64,000 nt of DNA, from NCBI GenBank assembly GCA_963743525.1, contig CAVUQH010000003.1, positions 992,001 to 1,056,000 of the forward strand, given 5' to 3'. A program made the position numbers and the translations under genes. Shown one piece after another: positions 31,652 to 41,479 of the stretch (position 1 is the stretch's first letter; the number at the start of each line of letters is the position of its first letter). The notes below the pieces were generated by a model. That model was not told where the DNA came from. It did not search any database and saw only the letters and a program-made list of their open reading frames with translations. Source of the stretch: an uncultured delta proteobacterium (GTDB lineage: Bacteria; Myxococcota_A; Polyangia; Haliangiales; Haliangiaceae).

Positions 31652-32545
31652 TTAGAGTGCCTGCAGGCAGAGCTCGATGCGGTTGACGACCAGCGCGTTG
31701 GACGACGGACCGGCCTTGATGCGGAGCAGCACGCCGCTGTCGCCGGGGCTGATCTCGCCGGTCATGTCGGCGGAGTACCACTGGTACGGGGCGCCGTTGC
31801 TGACCAGGTTGGTCGGCGCCTCGTTGTAGCCGTCGAAGGTCTGCCAGTTGAAGCTGCCGCTGGTGGTGGTGTTGTAGCTGCGGCCGTAGATCGACAGGGT
31901 CGCCGACTGGATCTGCGACAACCCGGCGGTGCTGAGCTCGATGTCGACGAAATCGGAGCTGTCGAGCTGCAGGCCGCCGTCGCCGAGGAACGGGTCGACG
32001 AAGGTGGGCGTGAAGCCGATGCTGTAGCCGTAGGCTCCGGTGTGATCGCGCGAGGTGTCGGGCAGGCCATTGACCTCGTAGACGGGATAGGCGGTGCTGC
32101 CCGAGCCGTTGCCGGCCCAGCGGATGCGATACGCAGTCGCGCCCGCGGCGCCGGAGCTGCACGGACCGCCGGTGATGATGCCGCCGCCGCCGGCGTCGGG
32201 GGTGTTGCCGCCGCCGGCGTCGGGGGTGTTGCCGCCGCCCGCGTCGGGGGCGTTGCCGCCGCCGGCGTCGGGGGTGATGCCGCCGCCGGCGTCGGGGGTG
32301 TTGCCGCCGCCGGCGTCGGGGGTGTTGCCGCCGCCGGCGTCGGGGGTGTTGCCGCCGCCGGCGTCGGGGGTGTTGCCGCCGCCGGCGTCCGCAGCGCCGC
32401 CGCGGGCATCGACGCCACCGCCAGCTGCATCGACCGCCCGTTGCGCATCGGCGCCGCCGGCACCGCCGTCCTCGCCCAGGCGCCCGTGGCTACAGGCGGC
32501 AAGCCCGAGCAGACAGGTCAGCGCGAGGTGCGGGGGACGCAGCAT
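31652..32545 (-). CDS. Lipoprotein with DAGGGNTP repeat stalk and a C-terminal beta-rich domain
   Basis: Lipobox LAAC, tandem repeats, aromatic-rich C-terminal domain bracketed by two Cys. Confidence 0.85.
   Translation of the reverse strand: MLRPPHLALTCLLGLAACSHGRLGEDGGAGGADAQRAVDAAGGGVDARGGAADAGGGNTPDAGGGNTPDAGGGNTPDAGGGNTPDAGGGITPDAGGGNAPDAGGGNTPDAGGGNTPDAGGGGIITGGPCSSGAAGATAYRIRWAGNGSGSTAYPVYEVNGLPDTSRDHTGAYGYSIGFTPTFVDPFLGDGGLQLDSSDFVDIELSTAGLSQIQSATLSIYGRSYNTTTSGSFNWQTFDGYNEAPTNLVSNGAPYQWYSADMTGEISPGDSGVLLRIKAGPSSNALVVNRIELCLQAL
32180..32388 (-). repeat. 24-bp coding tandem repeat, ~8.5 copies (DAGGGNTP)
   Basis: gccgccgccggcgtcgggggtgtt repeated head-to-tail with few substitutions. 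Confidence 0.95.
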
Positions 32546-32604
32546 CGCGGCTTTCTAACGCACCCCGGCCCCGATCGATCCCTGTTCGTAAAACCAGCGC
32601 GATA

Positions 32605-33480
32605 TCAGTTGCTTAGTGACCGGAGGAGGGCCAGGTTGCGGCGGTCGGCATCGTCGTCGGACTTGGGCGTCTCCAGGGTCATCGGCAGACCGCGGAAGCG
32701 GCGGTCGTTGACCAGGCAGCCGAATGCCTCCAGACCGAGGTGGCCGTCGCCGATCTCGGCGTGGCGGTCGACGCGCGAGCCCAGCGGCTTGGCGCTGTCG
32801 TTGACGTGGAACGCGCGCACCTCGTCGGCGCCGACGACGCGGTCCAGCTCGGCGAAGGTGGAGTCCCAGCCGTCCGCGGTGCGGATGTCGTAACCGGCCG
32901 CCAGCGTGTGCGCGGTGTCGATGCACAGGCCGATGCGCTCGGGCGCAGCGACGGCGGCGAAGATGTCGCGCAAGTGCTCGAAGCGGTAGCCGAGGTTGGT
33001 GCCCTGGCCGGCGGTGTTCTCCAGCAGCACGCGGGTCGGGTTGTCCGGCTGCTCGTCGTGCAACCGGTTCAGCGCACGGGCGATGTTGGCCACCGCGGCT
33101 TCCTCGCCACTGCCCATGTGCGCTCCGGGATGCATCACCAGGTTGGGAATGCCCAGCGCCTGGCAGCGCCCGTACTCGTCGGCCAGCGCGTCGTACGACT
33201 TGCTCCACATGGCGTCGTCGGGGCTGCCGACGTTGATCAAGTACGAGTCGTGGACCATCGCCGGCATCACCCCGGTGGCGTCGCGCGCCGCCTGCCAGGC
33301 TTCGAGGTCGTCCTCGGTGATCGGCTTCGTCGCCCACTGCACGTTCGACTTGGTGAACATCTGGATGATGTCGCAGCCGGCCGCGGCGCCGCGCTCGAGC
33401 GCGCGGTACAGGCCGCCGGAGATCGACATGTGTGCGCCCAGTCGCAGCGGCGCCTGCGGTCGTATGTGCCTGCCACCCAC
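32605..33480 (-). CDS. nfo: Endonuclease IV (AP endonuclease 2)
   Basis: LGAHMSISGG, HDSYLIN, MHPGAH, LLENTAGQG, CIDTAH, HVNDS, DRHAEIG, LETP. Start is uncertain (GTG 33480 chosen). Confidence 0.93.
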   Translation of the reverse strand: MGGRHIRPQAPLRLGAHMSISGGLYRALERGAAAGCDIIQMFTKSNVQWATKPITEDDLEAWQAARDATGVMPAMVHDSYLINVGSPDDAMWSKSYDALADEYGRCQALGIPNLVMHPGAHMGSGEEAAVANIARALNRLHDEQPDNPTRVLLENTAGQGTNLGYRFEHLRDIFAAVAAPERIGLCIDTAHTLAAGYDIRTADGWDSTFAELDRVVGADEVRAFHVNDSAKPLGSRVDRHAEIGDGHLGLEAFGCLVNDRRFRGLPMTLETPKSDDDADRRNLALLRSLSN

Positions 33481-33584
33481 GCGGGGCTTTTCGCAGCCTC
33501 GGCGCCGCCCGTCAACCCGCGCCGCGCCCGGAACCATGACGCGGATCGCGCTCACTGTCCGCCCGACGTGGTAGCGTCGGGGCC

Positions 33585-34187
33585 ATGAAGCGTTTGCTGG
33601 TCTGCTTGCTGGCGCTGACCTGGGGGGCAAAGATCGCCGCGGCGGACGGGGGACTGGACGCCACCGATCCGAACGCGAGCAACCGCGGACAGTTCGGGTT
33701 GTCGGCCAAGTTCGTCACCGGCTACCGCGCCATCTTTCCCTACGGCGATGGCTTCTACTGCGGTGACAACTCCGATCCCACGCGCTGTTTGGGGCGCTCG
33801 CCGCTGTCGGTCAACCTCGGCCTCAGCTACCGGGCGCTGGACAAGCTCGACGTGTTGATGGAGATGCGCCTGGGGCTCGAGCGCGACTTCGGCGTCGACC
33901 CATCGTCGCAGGGACCGCGCATTCGCATGTACGCCCCCGGCATTCGCGCCTACGTGCGCGACTCCGGCGGGCTCAAGGCGTTCATCGGCCTGCAGTTCGT
34001 CATCGACACCACCACCTATCCCCAGCACGACAAGACCGATTACGGCATGCGCGGGCAGATGGGGCTGATGCTCGACCCGCACCGGACCGTCGGCATCATG
34101 TTGTTCTTCGGACCTTCGGTGTCGTGGAGTCGGTGGCTCAAGTTCGAGATCGAGGGCGGCCTGGGCATCCAGGCCCGCTTCCCGTAG
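33585..34187 (+). CDS. Small outer-membrane beta-barrel-like protein
   Basis: Signal peptide, alternating amphipathic strands, C-terminal GLGIQARFP, one Cys pair. Confidence 0.65.
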   Translation: MKRLLVCLLALTWGAKIAAADGGLDATDPNASNRGQFGLSAKFVTGYRAIFPYGDGFYCGDNSDPTRCLGRSPLSVNLGLSYRALDKLDVLMEMRLGLERDFGVDPSSQGPRIRMYAPGIRAYVRDSGGLKAFIGLQFVIDTTTYPQHDKTDYGMRGQMGLMLDPHRTVGIMLFFGPSVSWSRWLKFEIEGGLGIQARFP

Positions 34188-34261
34188 GCGACCTCGCCGC
34201 TGTCGCCGAGCGCGCCGGGGTCGAGCTACCGGCGCCGCTGCTCGGCGCCATCGCCGACGAG

Positions 34262-35764
34262 ATGGCCCGCGCCGGCGCCGCCGATCCGGCGCTGTGTGGC
34301 CGCGTCTACGAGCAGCGCCTGGCCGCCGACCGCGCGTCGCGCCGCGCCGGCGGTGCCTACTACACGCCGCCGCAGCTGGTCGACTACACCATCGATCACG
34401 CGCTGGCCGGCGTCCCGCCCGGCACCCACGTCCTCGACCCGGCGTGCGGCGGGGGCGCCTTCCTCCTGGCGGCGCTCGCTCGCGGCGTGGCGCCGTCGCA
34501 CCTGCACGGCGTCGACATCGATCCAACCGCGGTCGCCGTCTGTCGTCTGGCGCTGGCGCTGGCCGGCGCGCCCGGCGCGGACATCCGCCGCGGTGACGCT
34601 CTCGACGACGCCACGGAGATGCCGCCGGCCGACGTCGTGGTCGGCAACCCACCGTGGGGGCAGAAGGGACTGCGCTTCCCCAAGGCCCGCGCCGCCGAGC
34701 TGCGCAGGCGCTATCGCACCGCCCGCGGCGTCCTCGATCCGTTTGCGCTGTTCGTCGAGCGCGGCCTCGAGCTGGTGGGCGAGGGCGGGCGCGTCGCCCT
34801 GGTCCTGCCCGACATCGTCTTGCTCAAGAACCAGCGGCCGGTGCGCGACCTGTTGCTCGAGCATCGCCTCGAGCTGATCGCCCACGCAGGCCGCGCCTTC
34901 GCCGGCGTCAATCTCGACGCCGTGGTGCTGGTCGCCCGCCGCGGCGCCGCGCCGCGCGGCCACCGCGTGCACATCGACTTTGGCGTGCCGCCCGAGCGCC
35001 ACAGCTCGCTGCCGCAGGCGGTCTTCAGCGAGCTGCCGGGACACCGCTTCAACATTCATCTCACCCGGCCAGCGCTGGCGGTGCTGCGCCGGCTGGCGCC
35101 GCTGCCACTGTTCGGCGACCGCTTCGAGATCCACGAGGGCGTTCATACCGGCAACGCCCGCGGCAAGCTGATCGGCCGCGAGCCGGGCCCGGCGCGCGAG
35201 CCGATCGTCATCGGCCGCAAGGAGCTTTCGCGCCATCGTCTGGCCTGGGGCGGCGCGTGGATCGATCTCGCGCCCGAGCGTCTCGACCGCGACGGCGGCG
35301 ACTACGCCAACCTCGGTCGCCCCGAGTGGCACCGCGCGAGCAAGATCGTCGTCCGCCGCACCGGCGATCACGTGGTCGCCGCCCGCGACCCCGACGGCAT
35401 CTGGATCACCAACAACGCCTTCGTCGTGGTCCCGCGCGCGGACATGGACGCCGCCGCGCTGGCCGCCCACGTCGCCCTGCTCAACAGCCGCTTCATGACC
35501 TGGTACTTCCGCACCCAGGTGCCACGGGTCGGCCGGCTGTTCGCCGAGCTCAAGATCGAGCATCTGTCGGCCTTTCCCCTCCCGGATTGCCCACCGTCGG
35601 TCCTGGCCGAGCGCCTGGGGCCGCCGGGGCTGGCGCTGGAGCGCGCCGCCGCCGACGGGCGCCGCGACGGCGACGCCGAGGACGCCGTGCACGAGGCCGT
35701 GGCCGCGCTCTATCGGCTGGACGAATCGACCCGGCGGCTGATTGGCGGCGCGACCGCTGACTGA
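34262..35764 (+). CDS. Amino (likely N6-adenine) DNA methyltransferase, gamma order, TaqI/Eco57I-like
   Basis: GAYYTP, LDPACGGGAFL (motif I), VVGNPPW (motif IV), C-terminal KIVVRRT...LLNS TRD-like region. Start is uncertain; the frame is open from 34124. Confidence 0.88.
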   Translation: MARAGAADPALCGRVYEQRLAADRASRRAGGAYYTPPQLVDYTIDHALAGVPPGTHVLDPACGGGAFLLAALARGVAPSHLHGVDIDPTAVAVCRLALALAGAPGADIRRGDALDDATEMPPADVVVGNPPWGQKGLRFPKARAAELRRRYRTARGVLDPFALFVERGLELVGEGGRVALVLPDIVLLKNQRPVRDLLLEHRLELIAHAGRAFAGVNLDAVVLVARRGAAPRGHRVHIDFGVPPERHSSLPQAVFSELPGHRFNIHLTRPALAVLRRLAPLPLFGDRFEIHEGVHTGNARGKLIGREPGPAREPIVIGRKELSRHRLAWGGAWIDLAPERLDRDGGDYANLGRPEWHRASKIVVRRTGDHVVAARDPDGIWITNNAFVVVPRADMDAAALAAHVALLNSRFMTWYFRTQVPRVGRLFAELKIEHLSAFPLPDCPPSVLAERLGPPGLALERAAADGRRDGDAEDAVHEAVAALYRLDESTRRLIGGATAD

Positions 35765-35778
35765 GGTACGATCCGCGA

Positions 35779-36731
<953 letters not shown>

Positions 36732-36735
<4 letters not shown>

Positions 36736-37841
36736 GCGGCAGCGAGCGCAGGATTCCGCTCGCCCGGCCGTCGATCGGTGACGGCGAACGGGCTGCCGCC
36801 GACCGGGCGCTGGTCTCCGGCCGCCTGGTGCTGGGGCCCGAGAACCGCCGCTTCGAACAGGCGCTGGCCGAGCTCACCGGCCGCAGTCACGCCGTCGCCA
36901 CCGCCTCGGGGACCGCCGCGCTGGAGCTGTCGCTGTGGGCGCTGGGCGTGCGCGCCGGCCAGCGGGTGCTGGTCACCGCCTTCGGCTTCGTCGCCGCGGC
37001 CAACGCGGTCGCGCGACTGGGCGCCACGCCGGTGCCGGTCAACGTCAACGCCGCGACCTGGAACGTCGATCCGGACGCCGCTCGCCGCCTGGCCGACGGC
37101 GCCGTTGGTCTGATCTCGATCGACCAGCTCGGCAGCGTCGCCACCGCCGCGCCGCTGGAGGCGCTGTGCGCCGAGCGCGGCATGTGGCTGCTCGACGACG
37201 CCGCCTGCGGCCTGGGCGGCACCGATCCCGCCGGCATTCCCGGCGGCGGCTACGGCCGCGCCGCGACCCTGTCGTTCCACCCGCGCAAGGTGATCACCAC
37301 CGGGGAGGGCGGCGCCATCCTCACCGACGACGACACCCTGGCCGAGAAGCTGCGGCAGCTGCGCAACCACGGCCAGCGCGGGCGCGGCGACTTCGCGCGC
37401 GTCGGCACCAACGCGCGCCTGTCGGAGCCGGCGGCCGCTGTCGGCGGCGCCCAGCTGGCCCGGCTTCCGTCGATGCTCGCGGAGCGGCGCCTGCTGGCCC
37501 GCGGCTACCTCGACCGACTTGCGCCGCTCATCGAGGCTGGCACAATAGCGCCCCAGCAATCGGGCGACGGATCGATGCACGCCTATCAGACCTTCGCCCT
37601 TCGGCTTGCCGAAGGCATTCGCCGCGACGACGTCATCGCCGCGCTCGACGCGCGCGACATCGAGGCCGGCCCGGCGACCTTTGCCTTCCATCGCCTGGCC
37701 AGCTTTGCCGCCGCCGCCACCGCGCCGCTGCCGGCGGCGGACGCCCTGCACGACCGCGGGCTGGCGCTGCCGCTGTTCTGCGGCATGCGCTCGGGCGAGC
37801 TCGACCGCGTGGCCGAGGCGCTGGCGGAGGTGCTGTCGTGA
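36732..37841 (+). CDS. DegT/DnrJ/EryC1/StrS sugar aminotransferase
   Basis: SGTAAL, DDAAC, SFHPRKVITTGEGG; ATGA overlap with the epimerase. Confidence 0.93.
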
Positions 37842-38809
37842 CCGCGGTCATCGAGGTCAAAGGGCTGGTCAAGGATTACCGCACGGCGTTCCTCCTGCGT
37901 CCGGCCCGCGCGGTTCACGACATCAGCTTCACCGTCGAGTCGGGGCAGGTGTTCGGCCTGATCGGTCCCAACGGCGCCGGCAAGACCACCACCATTCGCG
38001 TGTTGATGGGGCTGATCCGCGCCACCGCCGGCGAGGTGCGCCTGTTCGGCCAGCGTGCGCCCAGCCGCAGGTCGCGCGCGCGCATCGGCTTCCTGCCCGA
38101 GTCGCCGTACTTCTACGACTACCTGACCGCCGCCGAGCTGTGCGATCTGGCCGGGCGGCTGTGCGGCGTCGACCGCGCCACCCGGCTCGAGCGCACCGAG
38201 GAGCTGCTCGACCTGGTTGGCCTCGAGCGCGCGCGCAATACCCGGCTCAAGAAATACTCCAAGGGCATGCTGCAGCGGGCCGGCATCGCCCAGGCGCTGA
38301 TCCACGATCCCGACCTGGTAGTCCTCGATGAGCCGATGAGCGGCCTCGATCCGATCGGTCGCAAAGAGGTGCGCGACATCATCGGCAACCTGGGCGAGCG
38401 GGGCAAGACGGTCTTCTTCAGCTCGCACATCCTCAGCGACGTCGAGACCATCTGCGACTACGTGACCATCGTCGCCGCCGGGCGGGTGCGCGGCGCCGGC
38501 GCCATCCACGAGCTGGTCGACACCACCACGCGCGGCTACGATGTGTCGCTGGTGCTGCCCGACGACTTCGCCGCCGACGCCATCGCCAGGCTCGAGGCCG
38601 CCGCCGCCGCCGGGCGCCGTATCGAGGGAGAGCTGCGCCTGCGCGTCGACGCCGACGGCGACGTCGACGCCCTGCTGGCCCTGGCTCACGAGCTGGGCGC
38701 CCGCGTGCGCGCGGTCGAGCCGCGGCACGAGACCCTGGAAGACCTGTTCCTCGAGGCGACCCGCGCCGGTCGCGAGGAGTCGGCCAGGCTCGAGGAGGCG
38801 CGCCCGTGA
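37838..38809 (+). CDS. ABC transporter ATP-binding protein (PilH-like)
   Basis: GPNGAGKTT, YSKGMLQR, LDEPMSGLDP, SSH; GTGA overlap. Confidence 0.92.
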   Translation: MTAVIEVKGLVKDYRTAFLLRPARAVHDISFTVESGQVFGLIGPNGAGKTTTIRVLMGLIRATAGEVRLFGQRAPSRRSRARIGFLPESPYFYDYLTAAELCDLAGRLCGVDRATRLERTEELLDLVGLERARNTRLKKYSKGMLQRAGIAQALIHDPDLVVLDEPMSGLDPIGRKEVRDIIGNLGERGKTVFFSSHILSDVETICDYVTIVAAGRVRGAGAIHELVDTTTRGYDVSLVLPDDFAADAIARLEAAAAAGRRIEGELRLRVDADGDVDALLALAHELGARVRAVEPRHETLEDLFLEATRAGREESARLEEARP

Positions 38810-39600
38810 TCGGTCGGCTGTGGGCCATCGCGCTCAACACCTTCCGCGAGGCCAGCCGCAACCGCGTGCTGTACGGCATCGCCGTGGTCGCGTTCTTGAT
38901 GATGATGATGGCGATCGTCCTGGGCGAGATGTCGCTGCACGAGGAGGCGCGCGTCGCCCGCGACGTCGGCATCTCCGGGGTGTCGCTGTTCGGCGCGCTC
39001 ACCGCCATCGTCCTGGGCGTGACCCTGCTCTACGGCGAGATCCAGCAGCGGACCATCCACTCGATCGTGTCGAAGCCGCTGCATCGCTTCGAGTTCGTGC
39101 TCGGCAAATACCTGGGCATGGCGATGATGCTCACGGTCATGGTCGGCATCTTCACCCTGTCGATGGCGATCTTGTTCCACGCCCAGGAGGTGTCGTTCAC
39201 CTCGGCGCTGGTCAAGGCGGTGGTGCTGGCCTACGTCGAGGTGCTGGTCGTCGCCGCGGTCGCGGTCTTCTTCTCGTCGTTCTCCAGCCCGTATCTGTCG
39301 GGCATCTTCACCCTGGGCGTGTTCGTGCTCGGCCGTTCGACCGAGGCGATGCGCGAGGCGATGGGCGGCAAACATCTTTCGGGGCCGCTGTCGGCGGGGC
39401 TGCACAGTGGGCTGGCCATCGTCCCCGATCTACACCTGTTCTCGATCTCCGGATCGCAGGTCGATGGCCACCTGGCCACCGTCCACGGCGACTTCGTGTC
39501 GTGGGGCTACGTCGCCACCGCCAGCGGCTACGGCGCGCTGTACATCGGCGCGATGCTGCTCCTGGCCATCCTCATCTTCTCCCGCCGCGACTTCGTGTGA
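38806..39600 (+). CDS. ABC-2 type permease (PilI-like)
   Basis: AIALNTFREA.RNRVLY, EIQQRTIHSIVSKP..RFEFVLGKYLG, FSRRDF end. Confidence 0.88.
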   Translation: MIGRLWAIALNTFREASRNRVLYGIAVVAFLMMMMAIVLGEMSLHEEARVARDVGISGVSLFGALTAIVLGVTLLYGEIQQRTIHSIVSKPLHRFEFVLGKYLGMAMMLTVMVGIFTLSMAILFHAQEVSFTSALVKAVVLAYVEVLVVAAVAVFFSSFSSPYLSGIFTLGVFVLGRSTEAMREAMGGKHLSGPLSAGLHSGLAIVPDLHLFSISGSQVDGHLATVHGDFVSWGYVATASGYGALYIGAMLLLAILIFSRRDFV

Positions 39601-40244
39601 CCGTGCGCAGGAAGATCCTCATCGTGTTCGGCGTCATCGGCCTGTGCCTGGGGGTGGTCGTGACCCGCGCGGTGTGGGAGGGGCGCAGCGCTCTCAGCGA
39701 CGGCGACGACGCCGCCGCCCGCGGCGACCTCCACGAGGCGATCGCAAAGTGGCGGCGGGCCGCGCGCTGGTACGTGCCGCTGGCCCCGCACGTCGGCGAC
39801 GCCTACGACCGGCTGGAGACCGCGGCGCGCACGGCCGAGAAGGCGGGCGACATCGACACCGCGCTGCAGGCGTGGCGCGGCATTCGCGGATCGATCCTGG
39901 CGACGCGCAGCTTCTACACCCCCGAGTCCGACCGGCTCGAGCCGGCCAATCGCAACATCGCGCGGCTGATGGCCGCGGTCGAGGGCAACAGCGTCAACGC
40001 CGGCACCACCGAGGCCCAACGGCAGGCTTTTCACTACGCACTGCTCGCGCGCGACGAGTCGCCGTCGGTCTTCTGGGCGGTGGTGGCCCTGCTGGGCTTC
40101 GCGCTGTGGATCGGCGGCGCCTTCGGCTTCGCGCTGCGCGGGGTGAGCGCCGAGGATCGGCTGGTGCGCCGGGCCGCAGCGCTGTCGGCCGCCGCGGTGG
40201 CGATCGGGCTCGTCATCTGGCTCGTCGGCCTTTACAAGGCGTAG
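39597..40244 (+). CDS. Membrane protein with a TPR-like soluble segment
   Basis: GTGA overlap, N-terminal TM, helical middle, two C-terminal TMs. Confidence 0.75.
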   Translation: MTVRRKILIVFGVIGLCLGVVVTRAVWEGRSALSDGDDAAARGDLHEAIAKWRRAARWYVPLAPHVGDAYDRLETAARTAEKAGDIDTALQAWRGIRGSILATRSFYTPESDRLEPANRNIARLMAAVEGNSVNAGTTEAQRQAFHYALLARDESPSVFWAVVALLGFALWIGGAFGFALRGVSAEDRLVRRAAALSAAAVAIGLVIWLVGLYKA

Positions 40245-40265
40245 CCCGCGAGAGAGCATCGAGGC

Positions 40266-40775
40266 GTGCTGATCAAGGAAGACCTGGACTACCTGCGCGG
40301 GCTGTCGGTCTTCGCAGGCCTCCCCGACATCATCATGCTCGGCATCGGCGAGCACGCTCGTCGTCTCGACGCCACCGACGGCGAAGTGCTGCTGCGCGAA
40401 GGCGAGCCGGCCAAGGAGATGTTGATCGTCCTGTCCGGCAGCCTCGAGGTGATCAAGCGCAACCACGATGGCCGCGAGGCGGTGATCGCCATGCTGAGCT
40501 CGGGCGCGATCGCCGGGGAGATGTCGCTCATCGACATTCGCCCGAGGTCGGCCGAGGTGCGCAGCGTCGGCACGTCGTCGGTCGCCGTCCTCGGTCACGG
40601 CGACATCGCCACCATCTATCGCGAGGACCAGAAGAGCTACACGCTGCTGGTGCTCAACATTGCCCGAGAGATCTCATTGCGCCTGCGCCGGCTCGACGCC
40701 CTGGTGGCCCACCTGATCTTCGAGATCGGCGACGTCACCCGCGGTCACCACGGCGACGGCGACGAGCAGGGGTGA
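40266..40775 (+). CDS. Stand-alone cyclic-nucleotide-binding domain protein
   Basis: LLREGEP, GEMSLID..PRSAEV phosphate-binding cassette, no HTH. Confidence 0.9.
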   Translation: MLIKEDLDYLRGLSVFAGLPDIIMLGIGEHARRLDATDGEVLLREGEPAKEMLIVLSGSLEVIKRNHDGREAVIAMLSSGAIAGEMSLIDIRPRSAEVRSVGTSSVAVLGHGDIATIYREDQKSYTLLVLNIAREISLRLRRLDALVAHLIFEIGDVTRGHHGDGDEQG

Positions 40776-40785
40776 CTCGCGATCG

Positions 40786-40817
40786 CGCAGATCTTCCTAC
40801 ATGTAGGGGAATCTGCG
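40786..40817. terminator. Hairpin between convergent genes
   Basis: CGCAGAT.TTCCTAC-at-GTAGGGG.ATCTGCG imperfect inverted repeat. Confidence 0.5.
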
Positions 40818-40917
40818 AATATCACGGGAGATTTTCCCCAGCGGTGGCCATTCGGGCCTGTGGATAATCTGTGAAGCGGCGGAGAACGACTGCCCGCTGC
40901 TTGTGGGCAGCCGCCGG

Positions 40918-41286
40918 CTAGATGATGCCGCCGACGTCGTCGGCGCGGTCGATCAGACCAGTCAGCCGGCCCTTGTTGTCGCCGTCGATTGAGACGATCC
41001 GCACACCGAAGCCGGTCGGGTAGTTGTCGGCTTCGGCCGAACCGGGCTCGACCACGCGGACGACCACGACCTTGCAGGTGACGAACTGGTCGTAGTCGTA
41101 CAGCTCGAGGTTGAGGGTCGAGCCGACCTTGAACGGGTAGATGTGGGCGACCTTGGTGTAGAGGAACAGGCCGCTCTTGGACAGATCACGGGTGCGGAAC
41201 ACGAACTCGCGGTCGGCCCCACTGACCTTTACGAAGGCATCTACCTTGACGCGCCTGGCTTCGCGGGAATCGCTTCGGTCGGTCAC
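40918..41286 (-). CDS. Stand-alone PilZ domain protein
   Basis: REARR (RxxxR) and DLSKSG (DxSxxG); GGAG SD before GTG 41286. Confidence 0.88.
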   Translation of the reverse strand: MTDRSDSREARRVKVDAFVKVSGADREFVFRTRDLSKSGLFLYTKVAHIYPFKVGSTLNLELYDYDQFVTCKVVVVRVVEPGSAEADNYPTGFGVRIVSIDGDNKGRLTGLIDRADDVGGII

Positions 41287-41479
41287 GGCTCCCGATCTTA
41301 TCACCGCCGTCGCGCCCGCGAGCGCCCGTTTGTCGTCGAATTCGGCCGGATCCAGTGCCAAAAACCCCCGCGCCCCTGGCATGATCGTCCGGCGAGCACC
41401 CGGCGGGCGCCGGGCCCCGTCGTGACAGCTCTGGGGGCCCGTGCTATGTGCCTAGCCTTCCGCCCGTTTCGACACTCGA

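Noticed and set aside
32180..32388. CRISPR array
   Set aside because: The units are head-to-tail with no unique spacers, lie in frame within a CDS, and there are no cas genes
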